From Eledone cirrhosa (lineage: Eukaryota): a DNA stretch of 64,000 nucleotides. Under the pieces are notes generated by a model that worked only from the letters and a program-made list of their open reading frames with translations, did not search any database and was not told where the DNA came from. Positions 14,019-26,843 of this stretch are shown piece by piece (the stretch's first letter is position 1; every line of letters starts with the position of its first letter). The stretch spans positions 112,964,001 to 113,028,000 of the forward strand of contig OZ024744.1 in the NCBI GenBank assembly GCA_964016885.1. The letters are read 5' to 3'. The position numbers were made by a program, and so were the translations under genes.

Positions 14019-14640
14019 TAAATAAGACTGTTATTGCTCCAATCAGTCCACAAAACACTCAGCAAACACCCTAAACTGATGACTCCTGCACTCATGACTC
14101 CTGCTAAACCAACAAGTCATCTGCCCAGGGAAGAATGTTTTAAAACGACTCCACATAGTATTAAAATAATATTTAATTGAAGGGGATATATGACAGGACA
14201 GGCCTTAAGGAGTGCTAGAAAGAGCTCCAAGCAAGTCCTATTTAGACAAATTAGGAGTAGAAATATGTTAATTTTAAGAATTTCTATGGAATGAGAGATA
14301 TATATAACCGAGGCCAAACGATATTGATGAATGAAATCAAGGTCTTGGTATGCTTATTACCAAAATCAATAATTGGTGATTGACACTAATTATTGAGATT
14401 GAAGATTTGCATTCTATTTTGGTTTTTAGAAACAGATCTGTCTGTGGAATTGTCAGCCATTATACCATCTTAAAGTATGTATATTTATTTATATATTATT
14501 TGTTCTATATATATGTACAACATACTTAATGTTTCTCAATTGATATATCCTGTTATTTAAACTTTATTATTGATGCTCTGAACTGAAATTCATGGAACTT
14601 TGTACTGAGAAACATTGTTGAAATATATTTTATATGTATT

Positions 14641-15609
14641 AACTAGCTGAATTACCCGCGCCTTGCTGCGTTTCAGACATTTTTTTGTAAGAAAATGATG
14701 ATTGATTTTAAATCAGTGATATAATTTATGGAGAAAAACTCTGCATTTCAATATTTCTCAATGTAAAATGTAATGCATGAAAAATTGGAAAAATATTATT
14801 TTTTGTAATATATCAAATCAAAATTACATTATTAAATCTTATTCTTATTTTGTTTCTTGTAAATAATTTTTTTCAAAATATCAATTCAAAACTTTTGTGA
14901 CTAGGCATCATATCTTGTCATTTACCTATGGTTTAAATTTCATATAAAGCGAGGGGAAAACATTTTCAGTTGGGGTTTGTGCCTCCGAGGAACCCTAATA
15001 GGGGGGTTTAATCCCCCATTAGGGTGTCTTAATATTATTGAAATTTGCTGAAATTTTTTGACTAGGCATCATATCTTGTCATTTACTTATGTTTTAAATT
15101 TCATATAAATCAAAGAGAAAGAATTTTCAGCGGGGGTTTTGTACCCTTGGGGAACCAACTCTTTGATTAAAATGAAATATACATATCCAAGTACCCTGGG
15201 CAATGTAGTTTCAGAATATATATGTTTATGGGGGTCTATCTCCAAAACCATAGGAGGAGTTCGTGAAATCTTGTTCCATTTTTGGCTAAAACTTTCACTA
15301 TAGGGTGTCTGAATATTAATGAAATTTGCTGAAATTTTGTGAATAGGCATCATATGTTGTCATTTACCTATGGTTTAAATTTCATATAAATCGAAGGGAA
15401 AAGATTTTCAGCGGTGGTTTGAGCCCCTGGGGAACCCTTTGATTAAAATGAAATATACTTAAGAAATCAAATGGGCATGAGCCCCACACAAGAGTGTTAA
15501 GTTTCATCAAAATTGGTTTGGTAGTTTTTGAGTTTTAGGTTCACAAACAAATCCACAGACAAACACACACACACACACAGACAGAAATTGCCATTTATGT
15601 ATATAGATT
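14641..15609 (+). mobile_element. Non-autonomous Helitron/Helentron-like element with three internal repeats
   Basis: Starts ACTAGC..ACCCGCG..TTGC, has AAGTTTCATCAAAAT and a CA/CAGA microsatellite, ends TATATAGAT; TAGGCATCATAT...TTAAATTTCATATAAA block occurs three times. Confidence 0.6.
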
Positions 15610-16183
15610 AAACCTAATATATATTTATGTATATAGATTAAACCTAATATATATACATATGGAATAAAATTGTGTATAACATATGCAAACAAATTGGCAA
15701 AACCTCGTCAAAGGCAAAAACAAGCAGAAAATAAATCAAAATACTGAGGTTGTTTCAATATTTTGAGGAGGAGCGTAAACATTTTTTTAAAAGTACATAC
15801 CAATTTCTAAAAAAAAAAAATTTTCTATTTCTTCCTCTTCTCACTCTATCTTTCTATTTCATTTTTTATTTCTCATTCTATCTTCTAATAAAGGACTAGT
15901 GTCCGAAACATAGAAAAAACTCTTTTTCTATTATATCAAGTGTTAAACTAATATATTTCTTTATTGCACTGTGTTGTTTACTTTGCTGTTTCCATTTACT
16001 TTTTGCATATATATATATATCATCATCATCATCATCATCATTTTACGTCCACTTTTCTCTGCTTGCAAGGGTGGGACGGGTCCTATTCAGCACAGCATCT
16101 CTCCACTTGTCACGGCCCTTCGTCATCTCCACCGTGAGCTTCAGCCATATAGGTGCACTGTATACAATAATTTTCATTATTAT

Positions 16184-16261
<78 letters not shown>

Positions 16262-16397
16262 GTAATGTATATATATAGATATGTGTATATGTATGTATAT
16301 TTTTCTGTGTTTTATCAACTTTTATGTCTTCATTTGAATTAGCCGATAATAATATGTAAAATACAAAACTACTATTGTTTATAATGGTTCATTGTAG

Positions 16398-16517
16398 ATC
16401 TTAACTACTGTGGAACATATCAACCGTGTTTGAATGGAGGTATTTGCCAAAATACCAAACCTGATGAATATTCCTGCACTTGTCCTAAAGGATTTTCGGG
16501 AAGAAACTGTGAAATAG
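16398..16517 (+). CDS. JAG1: Jagged exon, EGF3 (120 bp): [40 protein letters not shown]
   Basis: attgtag|ATCTT...GAAATAG|gtatgt; phase 1-1; absent from the ORF track. Confidence 0.95.
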
Positions 16518-19500
16518 GTATGTTTTTCTTTCTCAACATGAAACCATCTGCAATGAAGGTGTGTGGCCTAAGGGTTAGGGTGTTCAACTCATAATCTTAA
16601 GGTTTTAGATTTGATTCCTTTGACTGGAGAGCAAGACACTTCATTTCATGTTGCTTTTCATGATAGGAGTGGGGCCGCTATCATAAAACACCCTATTGTG
16701 TGAGCTGTAACAACATGATATGACTGGGGTCCCTATCATTAATACATCCAACAAACCTCCTATGAGATACAACTTTGTAGGAGACCAGCTAAATTTACAT
16801 AGGTGTGAACCAACAACAACAAAATGATATGACTGGGATCCCTATCCTTAATACACCCAACAAGCCTCCCTAACCCTCTCAGACTGGGGACCCTCTGTCT
16901 AACTTTGCCCTCCATCCAGGCTCCTGATAAAATAATAAATAATTACATACACAATTCAAGAGTAATGAATACAGACAAACTAATAGAGAGAATCAAGACA
17001 AAGCACAGTAAATGTGTCTAGTCACCCTTCATCTAGATTTACATAATCTCCACCACCCCTATCAGTATTAGCTGTGTGAGGGTCACACTGAATTTGTTCA
17101 CCTGATTGACTACTTTCCTCACCTCTTTCACAAGTTCATTAACTCAGTCACTTTCATTGTCTGTGTAAGGGTGAACTTGTTGAAATTCTTGCTGAACTTT
17201 ATCCATAGAATAAATGTCATCAATAATTTTGTCAAGTGTAAAGAGCGTTGACCTTAATATCGGTATTGTTTATTTCCAGTTGATCGTGATTGTGCAGCTA
17301 ATCCATGTGAAAATGGCGGAACTTGTGTAGTAGGAGCAAATGGAGTGTCTTGTGTTTGCACTCCTGGATCGACTGGAACTTTTTGTGAAACTGGTATGGA
17401 ATATTGTATTATATGGACGTGTTTAGAAACAATGAGTGGAATAGGGGATTTGTGAGAGAAAATCCATGAAGTTATTGACTATAGATAAATAGTCTAAGTA
17501 ATGAGTTTATATAGTCTAGGGTATATATATAGTGTACTGTATACATAGTATAAGTATATGGGTATATATATAGTCTAGGGTATATATAGTGTAAATAATG
17601 GGTATGTATAGTGATAGGGCATATATATATAGTCTAGGGTATATATATATATAGTGTAGGGTATACATAGTATAAGTAAGGGTATATATATAGTCTAGGG
17701 TATATATAGTGTAAATAATGGGTATGTATAGTGATAGGGTATATATATATAGTCTAGGGTATATATATAGTGTACTGTATACATAGTATAAGTATATGGG
17801 TATATATATAGTCTAGGGTATATATAGTGTAAATAATGGGTATGTATAGTGATAGGGCATATATATAGTGTAGGGTATATATATAGTGTACTGTATACAT
17901 AGTATAAGTAAGGGTATATATATAGTGTAGGGTATATATATATATAGTGTAGGGTACACATAATTGTTTCTATTTTTGGCACAAGGCCAGTAAATACCCA
18001 GTACATTACTGGTACTTTATTTTATCGACCCCGTAAGGATGAAAGGCAAAGTTAACCTCGGCGAGATTTGAACTCAGAATGGCAAGGGCCGTAACTCTAT
18101 GCGTCAAAGCATGGCGTCCGACACCTCTACCGATAGGTATACATAGTGAAAGGGTATATATATAGTGTAGGGTGTATATAGTGATAGGGAGTATATAGTG
18201 TAGTGTATATATAGTGATAGGGTAGGGTAAATATAGTGATAGGGTATCTAAACTATAATAAAGTAAGGAGTGCAGGACTGCGTCCAGAATATAATTTTTA
18301 ATCCCGTTTGTAAAATAAGTTGGATTACTTTGAATAAATGAATAAATATTACATAATGTATCTACTAAATTTCGTTATTCTTGATTAAATATAAATAATT
18401 TTCTGGCTTATTTCAAGATTCACTTCTTTAAAATTTTCAAATGTCAACATTTCCAGTGGCGATCACTTAAATAAACATTCATATATTTCCGTCACTAATT
18501 TTCGCCTAATGCAGTTTATATATAATATCATCTTTTTTTATTGTATCATGGATTACGTTACTGATTACATAAGACAGTGTAACACAGTCTTCATTCAATT
18601 TCTGTGTATATTGTCAATTACGATTTTATTTGATGTATCATATCTACATGTATATATACTTGCGTATAATATCAATATACACACTACACATGCTAGCAGG
18701 AAACCACCCGAAGGTTTATATAGTGTAGGGTATATATAGTTATCGGGTATATATAGTCTAAGTAATGGGTATATATAGACTAGGGTATATAAAGTCTAAG
18801 TAACAATATATAAGCCCCCTTAATGGGAAAAAATGGACCTTAGCACCTATAAGTAAGGGTTAAGGTCCATTTAGTCAAAAAATTTTATGAAACTTCAATT
18901 TTCTCATAAATTTCAAATTTTGCTCATTTTTTCTAAATACACATCTGTTTGCTTACCTCTGCTTATCTATGTATAACTTTAAATAATGGAAGAAAATGTG
19001 ACGGATATTTTGATGTAATGGTTACATTCCTGTCTAGCAAGCATGAAGGTGTGGGTTCAAGTTCCACTGGTGCCAAAGTTAACTTAGGGGGCTTGTATAC
19101 CCTATTATTTAGACATTTTACTATAGTAAAGAAAAACTTGATGAAGCTTCTAACTTTCTCATATATATATATCATCATCATCATCATCATCATTTTACAT
19201 CCATTTTTCCTTGCTTGCAAGGGTTGGACGGGTCCTATTCAGCACAGAATCCTTCCACTTGTCACGGACTTTTGTCATCTCCACCATGAGCTTCAGCGAT
19301 CTGAGGTCTGCTCTCACCACCTCGGCCCATGTTTTTCATGGTCTACCTCTACTGTGTCTTCCTTCTGGGATTTCTTGGCACTTCTTTACCCAGCGGTCAT
19401 CCTCCATGCGCATCACATGCCCATACCATCTCAGCCTTCTCTCCTGCACACCACAACTTATCCCTCTTATACCCAGTTTCTTTCTCAACTCGTCTATTCT

Positions 19501-22500
19501 TGGTCGTCCATGCACATTGACATTGCACATCCAACGGAGCATGCTTGCCTCATTTCTCTCCAACTGTCGCATATCCTCTGCAGTTGCTGGCCATGTCTCA
19601 CTACCATGCAGCATCGCGCACCTCACACAGGCATCATATAACCATCCTTTCGTACGCAGGGAGAAACCCTTCTTTGTCAATAGAGGAGGCAGCACCCTAA
19701 ACTTCTTCCAACCCGTCCTTATTCTAGATACTATGGCCTCGGAACACCGCCCCCCACCCATGCTAATCTATCACCTAGGTAACAGAAGCTATCAACCACT
19801 TCAATAGAAGCTACCTGCATTTGAAAAATGTGTCTATCAATGCGACTTCTGTCAAATTTCCCTGTACATCTAGTGCATACGTAGTTTTCCCTACCAGTTC
19901 CCTACCAGTTCCTTTTCTGCATATCGAGCATAGCCATTTCCCTGACAGAATCAGAGTTTTGTCCTGTTTTCTACTCATCAACACTTTTGTCTTAGCTAGG
20001 TTCACTCACAGTCCTCTTGATTCCAACTGCTGTTTCCATAGCCAGAATTTATTCTCTAACTCCTCTACTGATTCTGCTATAAGAACCAGATCGTCAGCAT
20101 AGAGAAGTTCCCATGGACAGCCAGTCTTAAACTCCTCTGTTATGGCTTGGAGGACTACAATGAAAAAGAGTGGGCTGAGGACCGAACCCTGATGTACTCC
20201 TACTTGTATCTGGAATTCCTCACTAAACTCCATTCCTACCCTCACTTTACTGACAGCACCTCTGTACAAAGCTTGCACTGTCCTCACAAGCCATTCCTCA
20301 ACACCTAGTGACCACCAGATGACAAGAGGGTACCCTATCAAAGGCCTTCTCTAGGTTAACAAAAGCTAAGTATAGTGGCTTATTCTTCTCTAAGAACCTC
20401 TCTTGTAATTGTCTCACCAAGAAGAGGGCATCTGTTGTACTCTTCCCAGGCACAAAACCAAACTGCATCTCATCTAATTTGACCCTTTCTCTAATTAGTT
20501 GTGCTAATATCCTTTCTGCCACTTTCATAACCTGATCTATCAGTTTTATACCCCTATAATTGCTCCTCTCCAAAGCATCCCCTTTACCTTTGTAGCAATT
20601 TATGAGAATACTGCTGCACCAGTCTTTGGGTATGACACCACCATATATAGCCTGATTGATGATGCGTGCAACCAGTTTAGTTCCTACTTCTCCTGATCCA
20701 TTCAGCATCTGAGCAACTATTCCTGATGGTCCGGCAGCCTTACCATTTTTCATTTCCCTAATCGCCTCTTGGACCCTATATTCGTCAATCTCAATAGCTG
20801 GTCCCTCTGTTGGATCTACTGAGGGTAATTTCTCTCTCTCCCATTCGTTCTCCACATTCATCAGTCTCTCATAATGACATTACCAGGTCTCCTTTTTCTG
20901 ATCATTCGTGACACTAAGTACACCGGCATCATCCTGGACACATTTATCTCCAACAACATCCTGATTTGCACTAACACACTGCCTTGCAATGCGGAACACC
21001 ACACGTCTCTGATCGGCAAATCTCCTACTCTCTGCCTCCCTGCGTGCTAAGTAAACCTGACGTCTAGCTTCTCTCTTAGTGTCTCTATATCCTTCTCTAC
21101 TCCCACCCTTTTTCCAAGTATTCCATGCTAGTCTTTTGTCTCTAATGGCCTTATCTACTGTGCTGTTCCACCACCAGGTCACACTCTGTCTGGTTGGGAG
21201 CTCTGCTCCAGCCACAAGTCTCTTCAGTAGCCTGCAGTAAGTTATCACATGAGAAATTCCAGTTATCATCTATGTCATACGACTCTAAATCGTCTTTGTC
21301 ACCTTTTAACATCCATTTTCCACACAGGCATGAGTTAGACGAGTTGTCCTGTTGTGAGACAAGTCAAATCAGGTGACCGTGTCTTGCTCATACAGAACTG
21401 ATTTGGGCTTGGTTTCTACAGCTGGATACCCGTCCTAATGTCAGCCACACTTACAGTGAGTACTGGATGCTCATGTCAGTACAGAGTGTACTGGGTGTTT
21501 ATTTGTTGTATCACCAGCATGTGCATCTAACATGGTCGAGAGCTTTTAGTAATTCCAGTAGCATATACATGTGTGTGTGTATACACATGTCTGTGTGTAT
21601 ACACATGTCTGTGTGTATACATATGTCTGTGTGTATACACATGTCTGTGTGTATACACATGTCTGTGTGTATACACATGTCTGTGTGTATACACATGTCT
21701 GTGTGTATACACATGTCTGTGTATACACACAGAGTTTGGGCCCCAGAGTTTTATTGGTACTTTAAAGATCAAGCTGATCTTGGCAGTATTTTAAATCAGA
21801 ATGTAGAAAGTTGTAAATAAATACTGCACAGCATTGTCTGATGCTCTACTGATTCTGCCATGGTGGAATAAGGTACTGAAAGGAGGTGTTTGTTGATCGA
21901 TGTAGCTTACTTATCAATGGTAAAGAAAATGAGAAAATCGTAAAGTATGCAGACTTGAGAATAGATGTCAAGAGAATGTGGAATATGAAAGTAAGAGTGG
22001 TACCAATTGTAATTGGGTTGGTGACAGAAAACCGCCAGTAAAAGCTTGAAAGAATTGGAATCAGTCCCAGCAATTCAACATTGCAGAAAACAACACTTTT
22101 TCCACACTTGCATAGTTTAGATGGGTTGTCACGCTATGAAACAAGTCAGGTCAAGTGACCACATCTTGCTTATAGAGGATGGTAACGTGCTTATATAATT
22201 GAAGGAATAATAATAATAATAATAATGTAATTATCTTTTCCCCAGATATTGATGAATGTGCATCAAACCCATGCAGGAATAACGGTTGGTGTAAAAACCT
22301 AATAAATGGTTACAAATGCCATTGTGACCCTAGTTGGTATGGGTCCCACTGCCAACTGGATGCCAATGAGTGCAACGAGGGCACTTGTGTGAATGCAATC
22401 TCCTGTCGAAATCTTCAAGGTAGCTATGAATGTCAGTGCCAAGCAGGTTGGACAGGGAAAAACTGTGATATGAGTAAGTACACATTTTCAATAGGTCCAT

Positions 22501-22573
22501 TAACGAATATTAAAGTTTATAACTTTTACACTTCTCAGTGTATATATGTGTCTATATCTTTCTCTCTCCACCC

Positions 22574-22604
<31 letters not shown>

Positions 22605-23264
22605 AATGTGTCTGTGTACACAGACAAAGAAAATACATTTTTTTCCATTTCTTCCTTTTCTTACTTTCTTCTATTTCTCATTTAATCTTCTGATGAAGGA
22701 CTAATATCTGAAACATTAAGGCCCTTTTCCTTCTATATCAAGTGTTAAACTAATATATATTATCACTATACTGTATTGTTCTCTTGTGTTTTGACTTTTT
22801 GCATATACATATATCATCATCATCATTTTATGTCTGCTTTTCCATGCTTGCATAGGTTGGACAGGTCCTTCTCAGTAAAGCATCTCACCACTGGTCATGT
22901 TCCTTGGCTATCTCTACTGAAAGCTTCAGTTATTTGAGATAAGCTCTCACCACCTCTGCCAAGGTCTTCCTTGATTTACCTCTACTGTGGCTCCCTCCGC
23001 TGGGATTACTTGACATTTCTTCATCCAACAATTACCATCCACGTATATATATATATATATATACTCTCCCTTATTATATATATATATATATATATATATA
23101 GGAACGAGTAGGACCCGGACGGCTGAGCTCAAAACGTTTCGACGGGTTGAGCTCAGCCATTCCTATTACCCACTCTACTACCCTAAGTATTGAGTACTTT
23201 GGTGCATTATGATCCATCTGGTTCCTTACCACATTTCCTTCGTTATATATATATATATATATAA

Positions 23265-23346
<82 letters not shown>

Positions 23347-24385
23347 ATATATAGTAATAATAATAAATTTGAAGACTAAAATCCAAAGAGGGCTCGATAA
23401 GGATAAATATATATCAAATATATAAGAACCGTAGAGCAAATATTTATTAAAATAACATTACTACGACTTCTTTTATACCATAAACGTGGTCCTGTCTTTG
23501 CGTGTAATTGTTTTTCACCGCTCCTATTAATGACATATTATATTCGTTTTTTCCCGTTCTTTGCCAGGGAACGTTTCCACGAACCAAAGTATCGTCTTCC
23601 TGTCTTCCTCCGGTTGCAACGTTTTTTGAAATATCCACTTCTGCGTTTACAGATTGACTTTGTTAGTTTCAGAAGATCCCGTTCAGGGTGAAAGCAGCGA
23701 TTCTTTGCTTAAACTTTAATCTGTTATTTTAATAAATATATATATATATATATATATATATTCATTAGTTAAGCAAAACAAGACCACAAATTTCACAAGG
23801 GAGACATTATTTAAAGATTGTCAACATAGTTTTAGTTTAATGTAAGGAATGTAAATAATAATACTAATGATACTAATTGTTTCGCTACTCCATATAATGT
23901 TTCTGGATCAAATGATTATAAATCATTATTGATCTGGTTCAGTTGAAGATAATTAACTTAGGTAAAAATGGAGCAGTTCATCGGAACTTCAAAAGAGATA
24001 AAGATAATATTGATAAGGAATATAAATTAAGGTAAAAGAAGATGGTTACATGAATGTAATATTCCATATATTGGTATTTCACTATGGTGTCCTGGGTATG
24101 TCTATTGTCTGCCATAGGCGAACAATATTCTTCTGTCGAGGCTGCATTATGTGAGATCTGCCTAAGGGTAACAAGATGGCCGCCTAAGCACATATTTACC
24201 TTACTAATTAGAGGGTGGTTTTACATTGAGCACTTGCCTTTACGCTTTGGCTTCTAACTAATTCACCAATCTCTCTTCTCCTCTCCTATCTCTATCTCTC
24301 TCTTTAAGATTGGTTACTCTTGAACTATGTATATATATGTCTGAATTATTGTCGGCTTTTTGCTTACATTAATTTCTCTAATTTC

Positions 24386-24443
<58 letters not shown>

Positions 24444-26810
24444 CGAAGGAAATGTGGTAAGGAACCAGGTGGACCATAACGCACCAAAGTACTCAATACT
24501 TAGGGTAGTAGAGTGGGTAATAGGAACGAGTAGGACCCCGACGGCTGAGCTGAAGCCGTTTCGACGGCTAATTCTGGACTAAATTAGTCCAGAATTAGCC
24601 GTCGAAACGGGTTGAGCTCAGCCGTCGGGGTCCTACTCATTCCTATATATATATATATATATAAAATAATATATATATATATTATATATATATATAATAA
24701 TATATATGTAGGAGGTGAGTTTTATTGTAGTACAATAAAGCAATGCAGATATCGGATAAGAAGCACTCTACAGTTTGTAGGACTGGAGTATATATAATAT
24801 ATAAGAGCAAAAGATGGTTAAAAGAGTTCCATGTATTTTATTATGCGCATTTCAAAAACAAATATCATCATGCAATAATATTTGTGTTTTCATCAGATAA
24901 AACAGGAAGACATGATATGAAGATTAAAAAACACTTGTGGATAGTTCAGTTTTAAATCAACATATGAGAAGTAGTTTTAGATTGATGTGTGATATTGGGA
25001 AAAAAATATTTTATTTTAGTGGGGAGGGGGGGGGGAATAATAGATTCTATAATAAATAGACGCACTGACTTGTTTTCTATCTGCTTGCATAAATTCCACA
25101 AAACATTCCACAAAGTATACAGCTAATATCCAAAACTTTATCAATTTAGAATCTTTTTCTCAAAGGCACATACATATATATACACCTCTTTAAAAATATA
25201 CCCATCTTTCTACCTTATTTCAAAGTTTTTATTATACATTATATAATACTTGTTACTCATTCTATAATACTTGTTACTCATTCTATAATACTTGTTACTC
25301 ATTCTATATCGCTCCTATTTATCACTTCCCTTTCTTCTCTTTTAATGTCTAACCCCTAATCTGTACCTTTTCTCACTGTTGCCTAACATAGAATCAATTA
25401 TTACATAATACAATACATTCTTACTCTATATCACCTTGTAAAAATCCTTCGTAAACATAAACATTTTTTTGACGTTAGATTATTCATCCTCAATTCATTA
25501 TTCTTTTCTCCCTTTCATCTAACTCATTCATGGTCATCTCACAATATTTCCTTACTTAAATAACCTGTTGTTCCTTTTAATAATACATATCAACATTTTC
25601 TTTCCATCGCACATATTATTAAACCCTTAAATTTTATTCTTAATACATATTAACTTTTTCTTTCCATCGCACATATTATTAAACCCTTAAATATTATTCT
25701 TAATACATATTAACATTTTCTTTTTACATCGCACATATTATCAAACCCCTCAATATACAAACCTTAACTTTACATTAATTTTCTCTTCGTTAATTTTCAA
25801 ATTCTTTTAATTTATACATTATCTTCCAACGGTTTTCAACCTCTCTATGTAAAACAATATATCTTTCTCAGTTATAAAAGCTATCTCTCTCTCTCTATCA
25901 CCCATCTCTCCTCCTATCTCATCCTTCCTCATTATACTCCTCCCCCTCCACTTTTTATTCTCATCTCCTCCTCTTTTTCATCCTTCCCCCCCCCCCCTCA
26001 AAATAAAATCTTTTTTTCCCAATATCACACATCAATCTAAAACTACTTTTCATATGTTGATTTAAAACTGAACTATCCACAAGTGTTTTTTAACCTTCAT
26101 GTCATGTCTTCCTGTTTTATCTGATGAAAACACAAATGTTATTGCATGATGATATTTGTTTTTGAAATGCGCATAATAAAATACATGGAACTCATTTAAC
26201 TATCTTTTGCTCTTATATATTATAATAATATATATATATAAGTTTATCCTGGGTTCAATTGAGGGTAACCACAGTAAGTAAGGTACTCAGTACATAGCAG
26301 AGTATGAATATTTGATATAGAAATGGCTTCTATAGGACTAGAACTGTTTCATTTGGAAGAAATCATCAGGAAGCCATTTCTATATTATATATATATATAT
26401 ATATACGATATTAAACAAATGGAAACTATATTTATAAAACCATATTTATTTTATTATACATATTTCAGAGATACCATATTAAAAATATGGCACGCCTTCT
26501 TCAGATAAAATACAATATATAAGCAGTTTTATAAATAAATTTGACGTACCATAAATATTGTTCAACTTCCATTTAAAAAGTTGGTTTGGTAGTGAAATGT
26601 TTGTAAATATTTAGTGTTAAGCACAGTTAGAAAGAAAGACGGAGAGAAGGAATAAATGTATGTAAAGAAAAACAGAGAGAGATAGAGAGAGATATGGGAG
26701 AGAGAAATAGTGAGGGGGTGAAAAATGAGAGGCAAAACTTGTTGAGTGCTTTATATCAGTTATAAAATATTTACTCGTTGTAACCCAACAATTTTAAATA
26801 AAACTTTTGC

Positions 26811-26843
<33 letters not shown>

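Noticed and set aside
3740-16397. Upstream Jagged exons (DSL, EGF1-2)
   Set aside because: I found no Cys-patterned exon with splice sites by eye; they are probably upstream of the window, though a very short exon could have been missed.
19170-21270. Active autonomous retrotransposon
   Set aside because: RT is split over at least five frames by frameshifts and stops, and the endonuclease/5' end is missing.
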